From Candidatus Dojkabacteria bacterium (GTDB taxonomy: Bacteria > Patescibacteriota > Dojkabacteria > JAOAGR01): a stretch of 64,000 nt of DNA. The notes beneath the pieces are model-generated. The model was not told where the DNA came from. It saw nothing but the letters and a program-made list of their open reading frames with translations, and did not search any database. Position numbers and translations under genes: made by a program. The DNA lies in NCBI GenBank assembly GCA_026415655.1, contig JAOAGR010000004.1, forward strand, positions 43-64,042. Direction: 5' to 3'. This document shows, in pieces, positions 32,255-42,076 of this stretch. Positions within the stretch are counted from its first letter, which is position 1; the number at the start of each line of letters is the position of its first letter.

Positions 32255-32894
32255 TGTTATAAAACATCAATATACAATAATTCCAGAACAACAAAAATAA
32301 TACCAATTATCTTTTCAATAAAAAAAATAATTTCATGTATCTTAAAAAACTTAATATGGATGGAAATATAAAAGAGTGCAATGTCTTTCAGGTATTCTCA
32401 TTCTTACCATCACTGGATTGAGAAATATATCTAAAGAGACTTTATGATAACTCTGTAGCAGTTAACGTAGGTATGGTAGTTGGTTTATTCAAAATTGGTC
32501 ATAATTATTTTTGATTTTTTGTAAAAACGATCTTAGATAGAATTGATCAATACTTTTTAGGCATTCGTAGTAAAACAAAATTATCAAAAAGTATAAGAAA
32601 ATTTAGAAATTGGGATAAATTTGTAACTGCCACCATCCAATCTACCAAATTGAATGATCACAACGATAAATATAACAATACATTCTAAACTCTTTCATCA
32701 AAAGAAAAAAGCTATTTATCTAATGTATCAATCTATCAATAAGACTTTTATAATGTATATCTTAAATTCATTTTATACAAAAATTTTTCGTAACTAAAAA
32801 TTAAACTTGCGAAGATTTAATATAACAGAAGTAAAAATTTTGACATACTTCCCTACTTTAACTACAATCTAATAATTCAAAATAAACCAAAATC

Positions 32895-34238
32895 ATGGAT
32901 AAGCAAATATTTATCTCTGAAATTTTTCAAGAATATAAGAAATTACTTGAAGAATTTATAAAATTTAAAAGTGTTTCTACAAATCAAGAATACCAAAATG
33001 ATATAAATTCTACTGCCGACTGGCTAAATCAATTATTTAAATCAAATAATTTTAAATCAAAACTTATCACAGGATATGATAATCCTCTAGTTTTCGCCGA
33101 ATTTTATCAGGATAAAAACTTACCTACAGTCCTTATTTATGGGCATTACGATGTCCAGCCAGCTGATATCAATGATGGTTGGTCTTCTGACCCTTTTACA
33201 TTAACCATATCCAATAATAGAATAATTGCTCGTGGTGCAGTCGACAACAAAGGGCAAGTGCTTATTCATATAGCGACGATATTCAAGTTGATTCAGACTA
33301 ATCAATTAAAATATAACGTCAAATTTTTGATAGAAGGTAACGAAGAATCCGGATCACCCAATATAGAAAGATTTATAGAAGAAAATAAGGAACTTTTAAG
33401 CTGTGATTCTGTTTTGATTTCTGATGGTGAAATGTCCGCAAAAAGGCCAAATATAGAAGTTGGATTTCGTGGTACATTTAACGCTACGTTACAAATCACT
33501 GTAGGTAGTCAAGATCTCCACTCTGGTATTTATGGCAGTACTGCGCCGAATGCTATACATATTTTGGCTAATTTAATATCAAAAATCCATGATGAACACA
33601 ATAGAATACTTATTCCAAATTATTATGAAAACGTTGATGACATTAATGATGAAATTAGACAAAATAACACAAACATTCCATTTGATATAGAAGAGTACAA
33701 ACGTATTACTACAAGAAAAGATATCATACTATTTGATGGTAATGATTTCTACACTCAAACAGGACTTTATCCGTGTATAGAGGTTACTGGGATAATAGGA
33801 GGTTATACAGGTGAAGGATATAAAAACGCTATTCCACACAAGGCTACAGCAAAGATTAATTTTAGGTTGGTATCACATCAAAGGGCACAAGAATTATTTG
33901 ATAAATTTAATAATTTTATCAAGACAAATATACCCCCATATGCTGATTTTACATTTGAAATGGATGGTTCTAATGAAGCGTTAAAAATAGATATCAATAA
34001 TAAATATATTGATCATGCTCGATCAGTATTAGAAGAAGTATGGGGTGAAAAAGTAATTTACAAATATGTGGGTGGAAGTTTACCTATTACAAATTACTTC
34101 TATAATTCATTAAAAGCGCCTCTAGTCATGATACCTCTAGCAAATGAAGATTGTAATATGCATGGAGTTGATGAAAACTTTGACATCGAATATTTAATAA
34201 AAGGTATAAAATTTTCCGTGAATTTTTTTAGTAAATAA
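32895..34238 (+). CDS. M20-family metallopeptidase (dipeptidase / ArgE-DapE-like)
   Basis: GHYDVQP, AVDNKGQ, EGNEESGS metal-binding motifs and dimerisation domain. Confidence 0.75.
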   Translation: MDKQIFISEIFQEYKKLLEEFIKFKSVSTNQEYQNDINSTADWLNQLFKSNNFKSKLITGYDNPLVFAEFYQDKNLPTVLIYGHYDVQPADINDGWSSDPFTLTISNNRIIARGAVDNKGQVLIHIATIFKLIQTNQLKYNVKFLIEGNEESGSPNIERFIEENKELLSCDSVLISDGEMSAKRPNIEVGFRGTFNATLQITVGSQDLHSGIYGSTAPNAIHILANLISKIHDEHNRILIPNYYENVDDINDEIRQNNTNIPFDIEEYKRITTRKDIILFDGNDFYTQTGLYPCIEVTGIIGGYTGEGYKNAIPHKATAKINFRLVSHQRAQELFDKFNNFIKTNIPPYADFTFEMDGSNEALKIDINNKYIDHARSVLEEVWGEKVIYKYVGGSLPITNYFYNSLKAPLVMIPLANEDCNMHGVDENFDIEYLIKGIKFSVNFFSK

Positions 34239-34398
34239 ATTTTAATAAGATAAAACCTCTAAATAGAACATAGAATTATTTTATTGTATAACAAATAATA
34301 TCTTTAAAAAATCAATCCGTTTTATGTGGTAGCGAACTGTAATTTTGCACTATCATGGAAAATAATTTAACAAGACATTTATATAATTTAATATTAAA

Positions 34399-35445
34399 TC
34401 AAGGATTGCCTAGTTTCAAATCTAAAAGTTTTCTTTCCCAATCATAGGCACTTTTACAGATGATAGATATATCATCATATTTCGGTTTCCAGCCGACAAG
34501 TGATTTTAACTTAGTAGAGTCTGCAACTAGATAAGCGGGATCTCCAGCTCTTCTTTCACCATACTCTACAAGAAAATCAATACCAGTGAAGGCTTTCATA
34601 GTATCAACAACTTGTTTTACAGAATATCCTTTTCCATACCCACAATTAAATAGCTCACTACTATTATATTTAACTACATAATTCAATGCACATACATGAG
34701 CTGATGCTAAATCATCCACATGAATATAATCTCTAATACATGTACCATCAGGTGTAGGATAATCCGTTCCAAAAATAGTTAATTTATCTCGAATTCCCAG
34801 AGCTGTTTGTGCTGCAACTTTCATTAGGTGAGTGCTGTTTGGTGTAGATTGACCTATACGATTTTCTATATCAGCACCTGCGACATTGAAATATCTTAAA
34901 ATAACATACTTTATACCATATGCATTAGAGCAATCTCTAATTATATTTTCGCACATATTTTTGGTACGAGCATAAGGGTTTACTGGATTTATAGGATGAT
35001 CTTCACTAAATTTATCACCATATTTTACATTCTCATTTGAATATTGGGATGCTGTTGAAGAAAATAAAAAATATTTAACCTTATGTTTTATTGCCAAGTC
35101 TAAAAGTCTTATAGTATTAACTACATTGTTATAATAGTATTTCAAAGGATCGGCTACACTTTCAGGTACTATCAAACTAGCAGCAAAATGCATTATTACA
35201 TCAAATTGATATTCATCTAACAAACTTTCTACAAAATCAATATCGGAGACATCACCCAAATAGAACTTAAACTTCATGTCATTTTCTGAAGCAATCTTAT
35301 GTAACTCATCTGTTATGTATTTACTTCCAGTAGATAAATTATCTAGCACAACAATCTGGCTGAAATTATTTGATTTTCCAACTAAAATATATTTAATAAC
35401 ATGCGACGCAATATATCCTGCTCCGCCAGTAACAAGAACGTTCAT
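34399..35445 (-). CDS. NAD-dependent sugar epimerase, UDP-glucose 4-epimerase-like
   Basis: N-terminal VLVTGGAGYIASH Rossmann motif, short-chain dehydrogenase extended family; YxxxK region. Confidence 0.7.
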   Translation of the reverse strand: MNVLVTGGAGYIASHVIKYILVGKSNNFSQIVVLDNLSTGSKYITDELHKIASENDMKFKFYLGDVSDIDFVESLLDEYQFDVIMHFAASLIVPESVADPLKYYYNNVVNTIRLLDLAIKHKVKYFLFSSTASQYSNENVKYGDKFSEDHPINPVNPYARTKNMCENIIRDCSNAYGIKYVILRYFNVAGADIENRIGQSTPNSTHLMKVAAQTALGIRDKLTIFGTDYPTPDGTCIRDYIHVDDLASAHVCALNYVVKYNSSELFNCGYGKGYSVKQVVDTMKAFTGIDFLVEYGERRAGDPAYLVADSTKLKSLVGWKPKYDDISIICKSAYDWERKLLDLKLGNP

Positions 35446-35450
35446 ATAAT

Positions 35451-35828
35451 TTATTTTTTTAATGGTATACCATCAGCATCAGTATCGTATCTTCCCGTCA
35501 CTATCAAAAACAAATCAACAAACCAAAAGATAAGATATAATATGCTCGCACTCAAAAACGAACCTACGAGATATATAGTACCAATCAAATAGTGTTTTGT
35601 GTAAAACCTATGTACCCCTATTCCACCCAAAACTACCCACAGAATAATCATTATTATCCAATCCCTTTGTCCAGGATATTGAGCTGTCTGCATATTTTGA
35701 GGCATACTTTGCATCTGGTACACATTATTTCCTTGCGAATAATTCTGCGCACCTTGGTATTCTTGAGAGCTGTTTGAACTATTTGAAGTATTGAATTGGG
35801 TATTTTGTCCTATATTGTTTTGATCCAT
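35451..35828 (-). CDS. TM2 domain-containing small membrane protein with Q/N-rich N-terminus
   Basis: GGIGVHRFY...G TM2-domain signature, two TM helices, N-terminal low-complexity Q/N/S region. Confidence 0.5.
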   Translation of the reverse strand: MDQNNIGQNTQFNTSNSSNSSQEYQGAQNYSQGNNVYQMQSMPQNMQTAQYPGQRDWIIMIILWVVLGGIGVHRFYTKHYLIGTIYLVGSFLSASILYLIFWFVDLFLIVTGRYDTDADGIPLKK

Positions 35829-36537
35829 ATTTAAGTAAAGTTATCATTTCTTCTTGCTACAGTCAATATAAAAGTTTAAAAATATAAAACATAACAATAT
35901 TACACAAAAATAAAAGTTAAAATGCAATTTTAGATACATAAATTTGTCTTTTGGTGTTTTTAACAATTTTAATTATATTTTTTACTAGCCTACTCAAGTC
36001 AAAATTTAATTTTTCTAGCTCAGAAATATCTTTCCAAAAAATACAAATTATTTTTTAGATATTTATACTAGTTTTTAATTATTTGCTTCTTAATATACAA
36101 ACAAATATCTAAATTCTAAATGAATACACTTAGGGTCATTTTTAAATTTGTTTTCTAAGATAGAACGTATATCGATATCAAATTTATATTGATAAAAGAT
36201 TCATCTAACGGGATAAATTATACCTAACTTATTCTTTTGTTTTGCTCTACTTATCTTTTAAATGCAAACTGAATACTGTTATTACCACTTCAATACGTCC
36301 ACAAATCTGTACGTATTTAATTAATATCTTTTCTTTTTACTGAGTAAAATTTTGTTTTTTGTAACATAAAGTACATATGCTACTTTCAGTAATTATGTAA
36401 CGAAAATTTTATACTAATTGAATTTCTTCAGCTTATATAAATGTTTTTATTCTTTTCAAAAATATTTTAATTAGGATAAACTTATTGATAACTTTAAAAT
36501 ATCGACTTATATTTTATATCTCTTGGTAAATACGAGA

Positions 36538-37092
36538 TTATTTATTTTCATTATCTAAATAAGACATAGATCCAGTTACTCCTCTTTGTCCTTGATATTT
36601 TCCCCTATATGGTTTGAGAGCATCTGTAGTCATCTTTGCTATCACTATTTGACAAATTCTCATATTAGGATAGATCTTAATGGGCACTGTATTTGCATTG
36701 TATAGTTCCAAAGTGATATTTCCCTCAAAACCTGCATCTACCCACCCGGCATTTTCAATAAATAAGCCTAATCTACCAAGAGATGAACGTCCCTCGACAA
36801 ACCCTGTAAGATAGTTTGGTAATCTAATATATTCGACAGTTGTTGCTAGGACAAAAGTTTTAGGTTGTAAAATATAACCTTTATCATCAATAAGTATTTT
36901 CTCTACTTTATCTGTATAATTTTTATCTTTTACATCAATTACATCTATTCGATAATTGGTATAAGCCAATACCTCATGGCCCAATCTCAGGTCAACAGAA
37001 GAGGGTTGGATCTGCAAATCTCTTTCGATTGGATCAATTAACAATTCATTATTATCTAATAATTCAATAATAGTTTTATCACTTAATATCAT
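36538..37092 (-). CDS. dcd: dCTP deaminase
   Basis: MILSDKTIIELL...SVDLRLG and dUTPase-like fold motifs; 184 aa. Confidence 0.85.
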   Translation of the reverse strand: MILSDKTIIELLDNNELLIDPIERDLQIQPSSVDLRLGHEVLAYTNYRIDVIDVKDKNYTDKVEKILIDDKGYILQPKTFVLATTVEYIRLPNYLTGFVEGRSSLGRLGLFIENAGWVDAGFEGNITLELYNANTVPIKIYPNMRICQIVIAKMTTDALKPYRGKYQGQRGVTGSMSYLDNENK

Positions 37093-37114
37093 AGTTGATT
37101 TAGTCTATAATAAA

Positions 37115-37939
37115 ATGGTTGTGTCTGCAAAAGAAAAGAGATCATTTTATATTTCTGTCTTAGACAAAGGGTTTGTCAGATTAGTTGACTATATGGGTGA
37201 TGATACAAGTATAGTGCAAGCCGCTAGAGTATCTTATGGTAAAGGCACAAAATCCAAAAGAAAAGATGCTGATTTGATAGATTATCTGATGAGAAATAGG
37301 CACACAAGTCCTTTTGAAATGGTTGAGTTTAAATTTCACGTGAAAGCACCAATATTTGTTGTTAGACAGTGGTTTAGGCATCGAACAGCATCTGTCAATG
37401 AAATCTCAGGTAGATACTCTATCTTAAAAGATGAATTTTATATCCCACAAAAATTTCGCAAACAGAGTAAGACCAACAAGCAAGGTTCAGAAGGTTATGT
37501 CGATGACGACACAAACCAAAAACTTATCAAAATTGTTGACGAAATGACTAGAGAGATTTATGCGAGATATAAATTCTTATTGTCTAAAGGTGTCTCTCGA
37601 GAGTTATCTAGAATAATATTACCACTAAATACCTATACCGAATTTTATTGGAAACAGAATCTTCATAATCTTTTACATTTTATTAAACTTAGGCTTGATT
37701 CACATGCACAAGAAGAAATAAGAGAATACGCTTTAGCCATTGCACAAATCTTAAGAGAATTAGTGCCCGTGACTTGGAAATCATTTACAGAACATATACT
37801 TGAAGGAAAAAATCTATCTAAAACCGAATTGGAAATAATCAGAGAGACCATAAACAAATTTACTTTAGAACAAAATTGTAAATTTAAGAAACTTAAAAAC
37901 ATTAGAAAATCAGAATTTATTAATTGTATAACGAAATAA
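37115..37939 (+). CDS. thyX: Flavin-dependent thymidylate synthase
   Basis: ThyX signature RHRTASVNEISGRYS (RHRxxSxNExSxRY). Confidence 0.85.
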   Translation: MVVSAKEKRSFYISVLDKGFVRLVDYMGDDTSIVQAARVSYGKGTKSKRKDADLIDYLMRNRHTSPFEMVEFKFHVKAPIFVVRQWFRHRTASVNEISGRYSILKDEFYIPQKFRKQSKTNKQGSEGYVDDDTNQKLIKIVDEMTREIYARYKFLLSKGVSRELSRIILPLNTYTEFYWKQNLHNLLHFIKLRLDSHAQEEIREYALAIAQILRELVPVTWKSFTEHILEGKNLSKTELEIIRETINKFTLEQNCKFKKLKNIRKSEFINCITK

Positions 37940-38225
37940 AAACTAGTTAAATAAAAAACATAGTCGATTAAAAATTTAAAATCAATAAACTAAATCTAAT
38001 TATTACACGATTTGAAGTTATCGATTATTCATCAATATTTTACTTTAATCACTATTAAATTTATCTTCATATTATTTTATCTATATGCGAATTCGATTTA
38101 ATGGATGGGCAAAGATCAACTTATTGATCATTCACTTGATACAATTAAAACATTAATGATTTTATTTATTATATACGTATATGTATTGACAAACATAATA
38201 TTTACACTTAAAATATATTTTTATA

Positions 38226-38341
38226 ATGGATCCTGTTTTGAAAAGTTTCTTCTCTTTTGGTTTTTATTTTTTCCGCCCGTGCGGGTAGTGTAGTGATATA
38301 GTAAGCAAACACGCTACCCGCCCAAAAGGGCGGGTTTTTTA
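38226..38341 (+). promoter_or_regulatory. Candidate leader-peptide transcription attenuator: aromatic-rich small ORF (MDPVLKSFFSFGFYFFRPCG*, or the overlapping frame ...EKFLLFWFLFFPPVRVV*) ending inside alternative GC-rich hairpins upstream of the 38357 operon
   Basis: Segment 1 CCGC(38273-76)/GCGG(38281-84); segment 2 GCGGGTAG(38281-88) pairs perfectly with CTACCCGC(38314-21) as antiterminator; segment 3/4 CCCGCCC(38317-23)-aaaa-GGGCGGG(38328-34)+T6 terminator; Phe/Trp codons 38246-38272 immediately precede segment 1. Confidence 0.4.
38317..38341 (+). terminator. Rho-independent terminator (7-bp GC stem, aaaa loop, T-tract)
   Basis: acCCGCCCaaaaGGGCGGGttttttat read directly; GC-rich island in AT-rich DNA. 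Confidence 0.7.
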
Positions 38342-38356
38342 TTTATATAAAGGATT

Positions 38357-39331
38357 ATGAAAAAAATAAAAAACAAAGAAAAAAAGGAAAATAAAAAAAT
38401 GTGCCTAGCAATAGGTGAGGTGGTGATTGATGAAATTATTTTACTTTACGATGAAATAATACTAAGTCAAAAAATAGAAAAAGCTGATCATCAAATTTCT
38501 ATCGGTGGTCCCTCCTGTGCCGGTGCGGTATATTGGCGAAATGCTGGCTTCGATGTGACTTTCATAACAAGTTTAGGTAATGATAGTGACAGTAAATTTA
38601 TTATTGATTATCTAGATTCCAAACGTATTAACTTAATTATCAATAGGTCACTAAAAACTCAGAAAAATCACGTCATAGTAGAGCTTAAAAATGGTCGTCG
38701 CACTATTATTCGAGATAAAATCGAAAAAACCCAAATCAATATCAATAATAAACTGATAGAATCAATAAAATCTGCTGATATAATTTATTTAGATAGACAT
38801 TACAATTACTTGATAGAAACTATACTTAAACACAAAAAATCAAATTCTATTTTAATATTCGACCCATCTACTGACGCATCTGAACTAAATATAAAAATAT
38901 TATCACAAATCGAACATCCAATTGTACCTTGGGAGTTTGTAGTTAATTTTTATAACAATGCAAAATTGTCTCTTTACGAGATGTTAATAGAATTTTACAA
39001 ATATTTAAACAAAACCTATATAGTAACACTCGGTGAATATGGTTCCCTAATAGTCGAAGAAAGTGGTTGTATTCTATTTCCAAGCTATAAAATAGAAAAA
39101 TGTATAGATACCTGTGGCGCTGGTGACATATTCAGAGCATCATTTGGACATTCGTTATTAGAAGGAAAAAACATCTATGAAGCGATAGATTTTGCCAACA
39201 AAGTAGCCGCTTTACAATGTACAAGAATTGGTAATGTAAACGCTATACCGTCTCTAGAGGATATAAAAAATACAAATCTCCAAAAAAATTACTACAATAA
39301 GGAAGAGATTTTATTAAAACTAAAATTATAA
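38357..39331 (+). CDS. pfkB/ribokinase-family carbohydrate kinase (possibly 1-phosphofructokinase-like)
   Basis: C-terminal DTCGAGDIF signature and GG motif near N-terminus. Confidence 0.7.
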   Translation: MKKIKNKEKKENKKMCLAIGEVVIDEIILLYDEIILSQKIEKADHQISIGGPSCAGAVYWRNAGFDVTFITSLGNDSDSKFIIDYLDSKRINLIINRSLKTQKNHVIVELKNGRRTIIRDKIEKTQININNKLIESIKSADIIYLDRHYNYLIETILKHKKSNSILIFDPSTDASELNIKILSQIEHPIVPWEFVVNFYNNAKLSLYEMLIEFYKYLNKTYIVTLGEYGSLIVEESGCILFPSYKIEKCIDTCGAGDIFRASFGHSLLEGKNIYEAIDFANKVAALQCTRIGNVNAIPSLEDIKNTNLQKNYYNKEEILLKLKL

Positions 39332-39337
39332 AAAGAT

Positions 39338-40282
39338 ATGAAAAACAAAAAATTAAAAATAATAGCAGGTCCATGTTCATTCGATCCAAAACATATGGAT
39401 GAAATACTCAGATTTGGACAAATGAAAGTAGGACAGTATAACGCTGTATGGGGAGTAAGAATGGTGGGTCTAAAATCTAGAACTAATTATGAAAATGATC
39501 CAAATAAAATGGGTATAGATCTAGATTATTTTAATGAGATGAGAAAACATATGAATGATCTTTTAGATCTTAACTTCGCATTACAAGAGGAATTCTTTTT
39601 GGTGCCACAGACCTTTCATTATATGTTAGAAATACTCAGATCAACACATCTGGTGATAGCTTTTGAAGTAGTTGATCCTTTGTTACAACTCAGAAAATTT
39701 ATAGATAAACAATTTGACGGTAGACTATTTATCTGGAATCCGGCGGTCAATCAACTAGGTTGGCAAGTGGCTATTATGGGTGAATTTGCCCGCAAATATG
39801 ACTGGTGGATAGGTCTTAAAAACGGTAAATGGTTAGGAGAGAAACTTGAGATCGCAGAATCTGATGATTACCAGGGAGAAACAAGCTTAGAAAAAACCTG
39901 GAAAGGACTGGCTACATATGCTGATCATCCAGGAAAAACCATCTATATCCAAAGAGGAATAGACGTTCCAGAAAAAGGAGATTACAGAAATTATCCTATT
40001 CATAAAACTGCAGCAAGAGTCAAAAAATCTACAGGTGCGATGATGTTTTTTGATCCTAGTCATACATGTGGACCCAAATTGCGAGATAAGATAGTCGAGG
40101 AAACTATAAGTGCAATGCAAATGAAAATCTCTGATGATGAATATCTCTATGACGGAATATTAATCGAGGTGGGTACATCAAAAACTGATACCGATCAGCA
40201 TATATCTTTAGATGATTTTAGGTATTTAATTAAAGAACTAGCAGTATTTAGGGATCTTGATGCTCTACAAGTAGATATATAA
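39338..40282 (+). CDS. DAHP synthase / KDO8P synthase family (class I-beta) aldolase
   Basis: IIAGPCS N-terminal motif, KSRT(N)Y block and DPSHTCG motif matching the DAHPS I-beta/KdsA TIM-barrel family. Confidence 0.55.
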   Translation: MKNKKLKIIAGPCSFDPKHMDEILRFGQMKVGQYNAVWGVRMVGLKSRTNYENDPNKMGIDLDYFNEMRKHMNDLLDLNFALQEEFFLVPQTFHYMLEILRSTHLVIAFEVVDPLLQLRKFIDKQFDGRLFIWNPAVNQLGWQVAIMGEFARKYDWWIGLKNGKWLGEKLEIAESDDYQGETSLEKTWKGLATYADHPGKTIYIQRGIDVPEKGDYRNYPIHKTAARVKKSTGAMMFFDPSHTCGPKLRDKIVEETISAMQMKISDDEYLYDGILIEVGTSKTDTDQHISLDDFRYLIKELAVFRDLDALQVDI

Positions 40283-40285
40283 GTT

Positions 40286-41221
40286 ATGAAAGAAAAACTA
40301 AAAAATATTATAGCAAAGGGAATAATAGCTCTGGATGAAAGTAGTAATACCATGAATAGGCGTCTCGAAGCTCATGATATCGAGCTAAATCTAGAAAACC
40401 GTAATCTATGGCGTAAAATAATTCTGACAATCCCTAATCTCGAAAATTATATAAGCGGAGTTATTTTATATGATGAAACATTAAAATTTTTGTATGAAGA
40501 AGGAATCATTAGTTCATTAATTAAAAAGGGTGTTAGTATTGGAATAAAAGTTGATAAAGGAATCTATGAATATGAAAATAAAAAAAGAATCACCTTAGGT
40601 CTTGATGATTTAGATAGTAGAATGCAAGAATACCACAGTCTAGGCTGCAAGTTTGCAAAATGGAGGGCTGTTTTTTCTTTAGATGATATTGATGATTCTA
40701 ATATAGAATTAAATATTTATCATCTAGCTATTTATTCTATTATTTGTCTAAAATACGGCGTTATTCCGATGGTAGAACCAGAAACTCTAGTTTTAGACGG
40801 TGATCATGATATTAATGATAGTTTTGAGATAATGAAAGGTATTCTTCAAAAACTAGTTCAAATTTTTGATTTAATGAATATTCCTTTTGAAAATATTATC
40901 CTGAAAATAAATTATGTATTACCTAGTAAAACACGGCTTAATAACTACTCGAACGAGGATATCATCACTTCCACTATTATGCTGTTTGAAGAGACTTTGC
41001 CGGATACTCTATCAAACATCGCTTTTCTCTCAGGTGGATTAGATCCTGAAACGGCAACAAATCTTTATAGATTAATAAAACAAAAAGATTCTAGCTACAA
41101 TTTTACTTATTCTTATGGGCGTGCAGTACAGGAAGAGGGATTATCTATTTGGAGAAACGCTAAAGAAAATCGTGTTATACAAAATACAATACAAAATAGA
41201 TTAAAAAAACTACTCAATTAA
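40286..41221 (+). CDS. Class I (eukaryotic-type, Schiff-base) fructose-bisphosphate aldolase
   Basis: GIIALDESSNTMNRRL, ISGVILYDETL, GVSIGIKVDKG (Schiff-base Lys), KFAKWRAV blocks colinear with muscle-type aldolase. Confidence 0.8.
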   Translation: MKEKLKNIIAKGIIALDESSNTMNRRLEAHDIELNLENRNLWRKIILTIPNLENYISGVILYDETLKFLYEEGIISSLIKKGVSIGIKVDKGIYEYENKKRITLGLDDLDSRMQEYHSLGCKFAKWRAVFSLDDIDDSNIELNIYHLAIYSIICLKYGVIPMVEPETLVLDGDHDINDSFEIMKGILQKLVQIFDLMNIPFENIILKINYVLPSKTRLNNYSNEDIITSTIMLFEETLPDTLSNIAFLSGGLDPETATNLYRLIKQKDSSYNFTYSYGRAVQEEGLSIWRNAKENRVIQNTIQNRLKKLLN

Positions 41222-42074
41222 TCAAATCTAATAAATATTTCCCATACCCACTTTTCATCTGTTTTTCTGCTAATTTTCTAAGCTGTACCGTATCTATAAA
41301 TCCCTGCTTATAAGCTTCCTCTTCGATGCAACCTATTTTTATACCCATCCTCCGTTCAATTACCTGAATAAATTCAATTGCATCAATCATAGAATCGACT
41401 GTACCAGTATCAAACCATACAGTACCTTTATCTAAAACTTGTACCTTAAGTTGATTAATTTCCAAATATTTATTGTGTATATCAGTTATCTCTAACTCTC
41501 CCCTAGCACTTGGCTTAATACTTTTAGCAAAATCTGTACATCTATTATCAAATATATAAAGTCCAGGGATAGCATATTTTGACTTTGGTTCTTTTGGTTT
41601 TTCTTCTATTGATAAAACATTCATATTTTCATCAAATTCCACAACACCATACCTTTCAGGATCATCTACCTGTATACCAAATATCAGACCTCCATTTATA
41701 GTTGGTTCTTTATATAAATTTGTTTCAAAAGTTGATCCATAAAAAATATTATCTCCCAAAATCAAAGTCACACTATCATCACCGATGAAATCCTCTCCTA
41801 TAATGAATGCCTCGGCTATGCCGTTCGCTTTTTCCTGTACTTTATAAGAAAAATTCATTCCAAGATGACAGCCATTCCCCAATAAGTTATAAAATAGTTG
41901 TTCATATTCTGGATTAGTTATTATCAAAACCTCACGAATACCCATTTTAATAAGTACAGATAATGGATAATAAATCATCGGTTTGTCATATATTGGCATC
42001 AGTTGTTTACTAATAGCAAAAGTAATTGGATACAATCTTGTTCCTGAGCCTGCAGCTAAAATTATACCTTTCAT
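41214..42074 (-). CDS. rfbA: Glucose-1-phosphate thymidylyltransferase
   Basis: MKGIILAAGSGTRLYPIT nucleotidyltransferase motif, 286 aa. Confidence 0.85.
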   Translation of the reverse strand: MKGIILAAGSGTRLYPITFAISKQLMPIYDKPMIYYPLSVLIKMGIREVLIITNPEYEQLFYNLLGNGCHLGMNFSYKVQEKANGIAEAFIIGEDFIGDDSVTLILGDNIFYGSTFETNLYKEPTINGGLIFGIQVDDPERYGVVEFDENMNVLSIEEKPKEPKSKYAIPGLYIFDNRCTDFAKSIKPSARGELEITDIHNKYLEINQLKVQVLDKGTVWFDTGTVDSMIDAIEFIQVIERRMGIKIGCIEEEAYKQGFIDTVQLRKLAEKQMKSGYGKYLLDLIN

Positions 42075-42076
42075 TG

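Noticed and set aside
37093-37114. 22-bp divergent promoter region between dcd and thyX
   Set aside because: It is too short to hold two promoters, so the promoters must lie within the coding regions or one start is mis-set. Nothing further can be concluded from sequence alone.
38105-38293. 62-aa ORF as a genuine protein-coding gene
   Set aside because: There is no ribosome-binding context. Its 3' end runs through GC hairpins and a terminator. It is better explained as the leader ORF region of an attenuator, or as a chance ORF.
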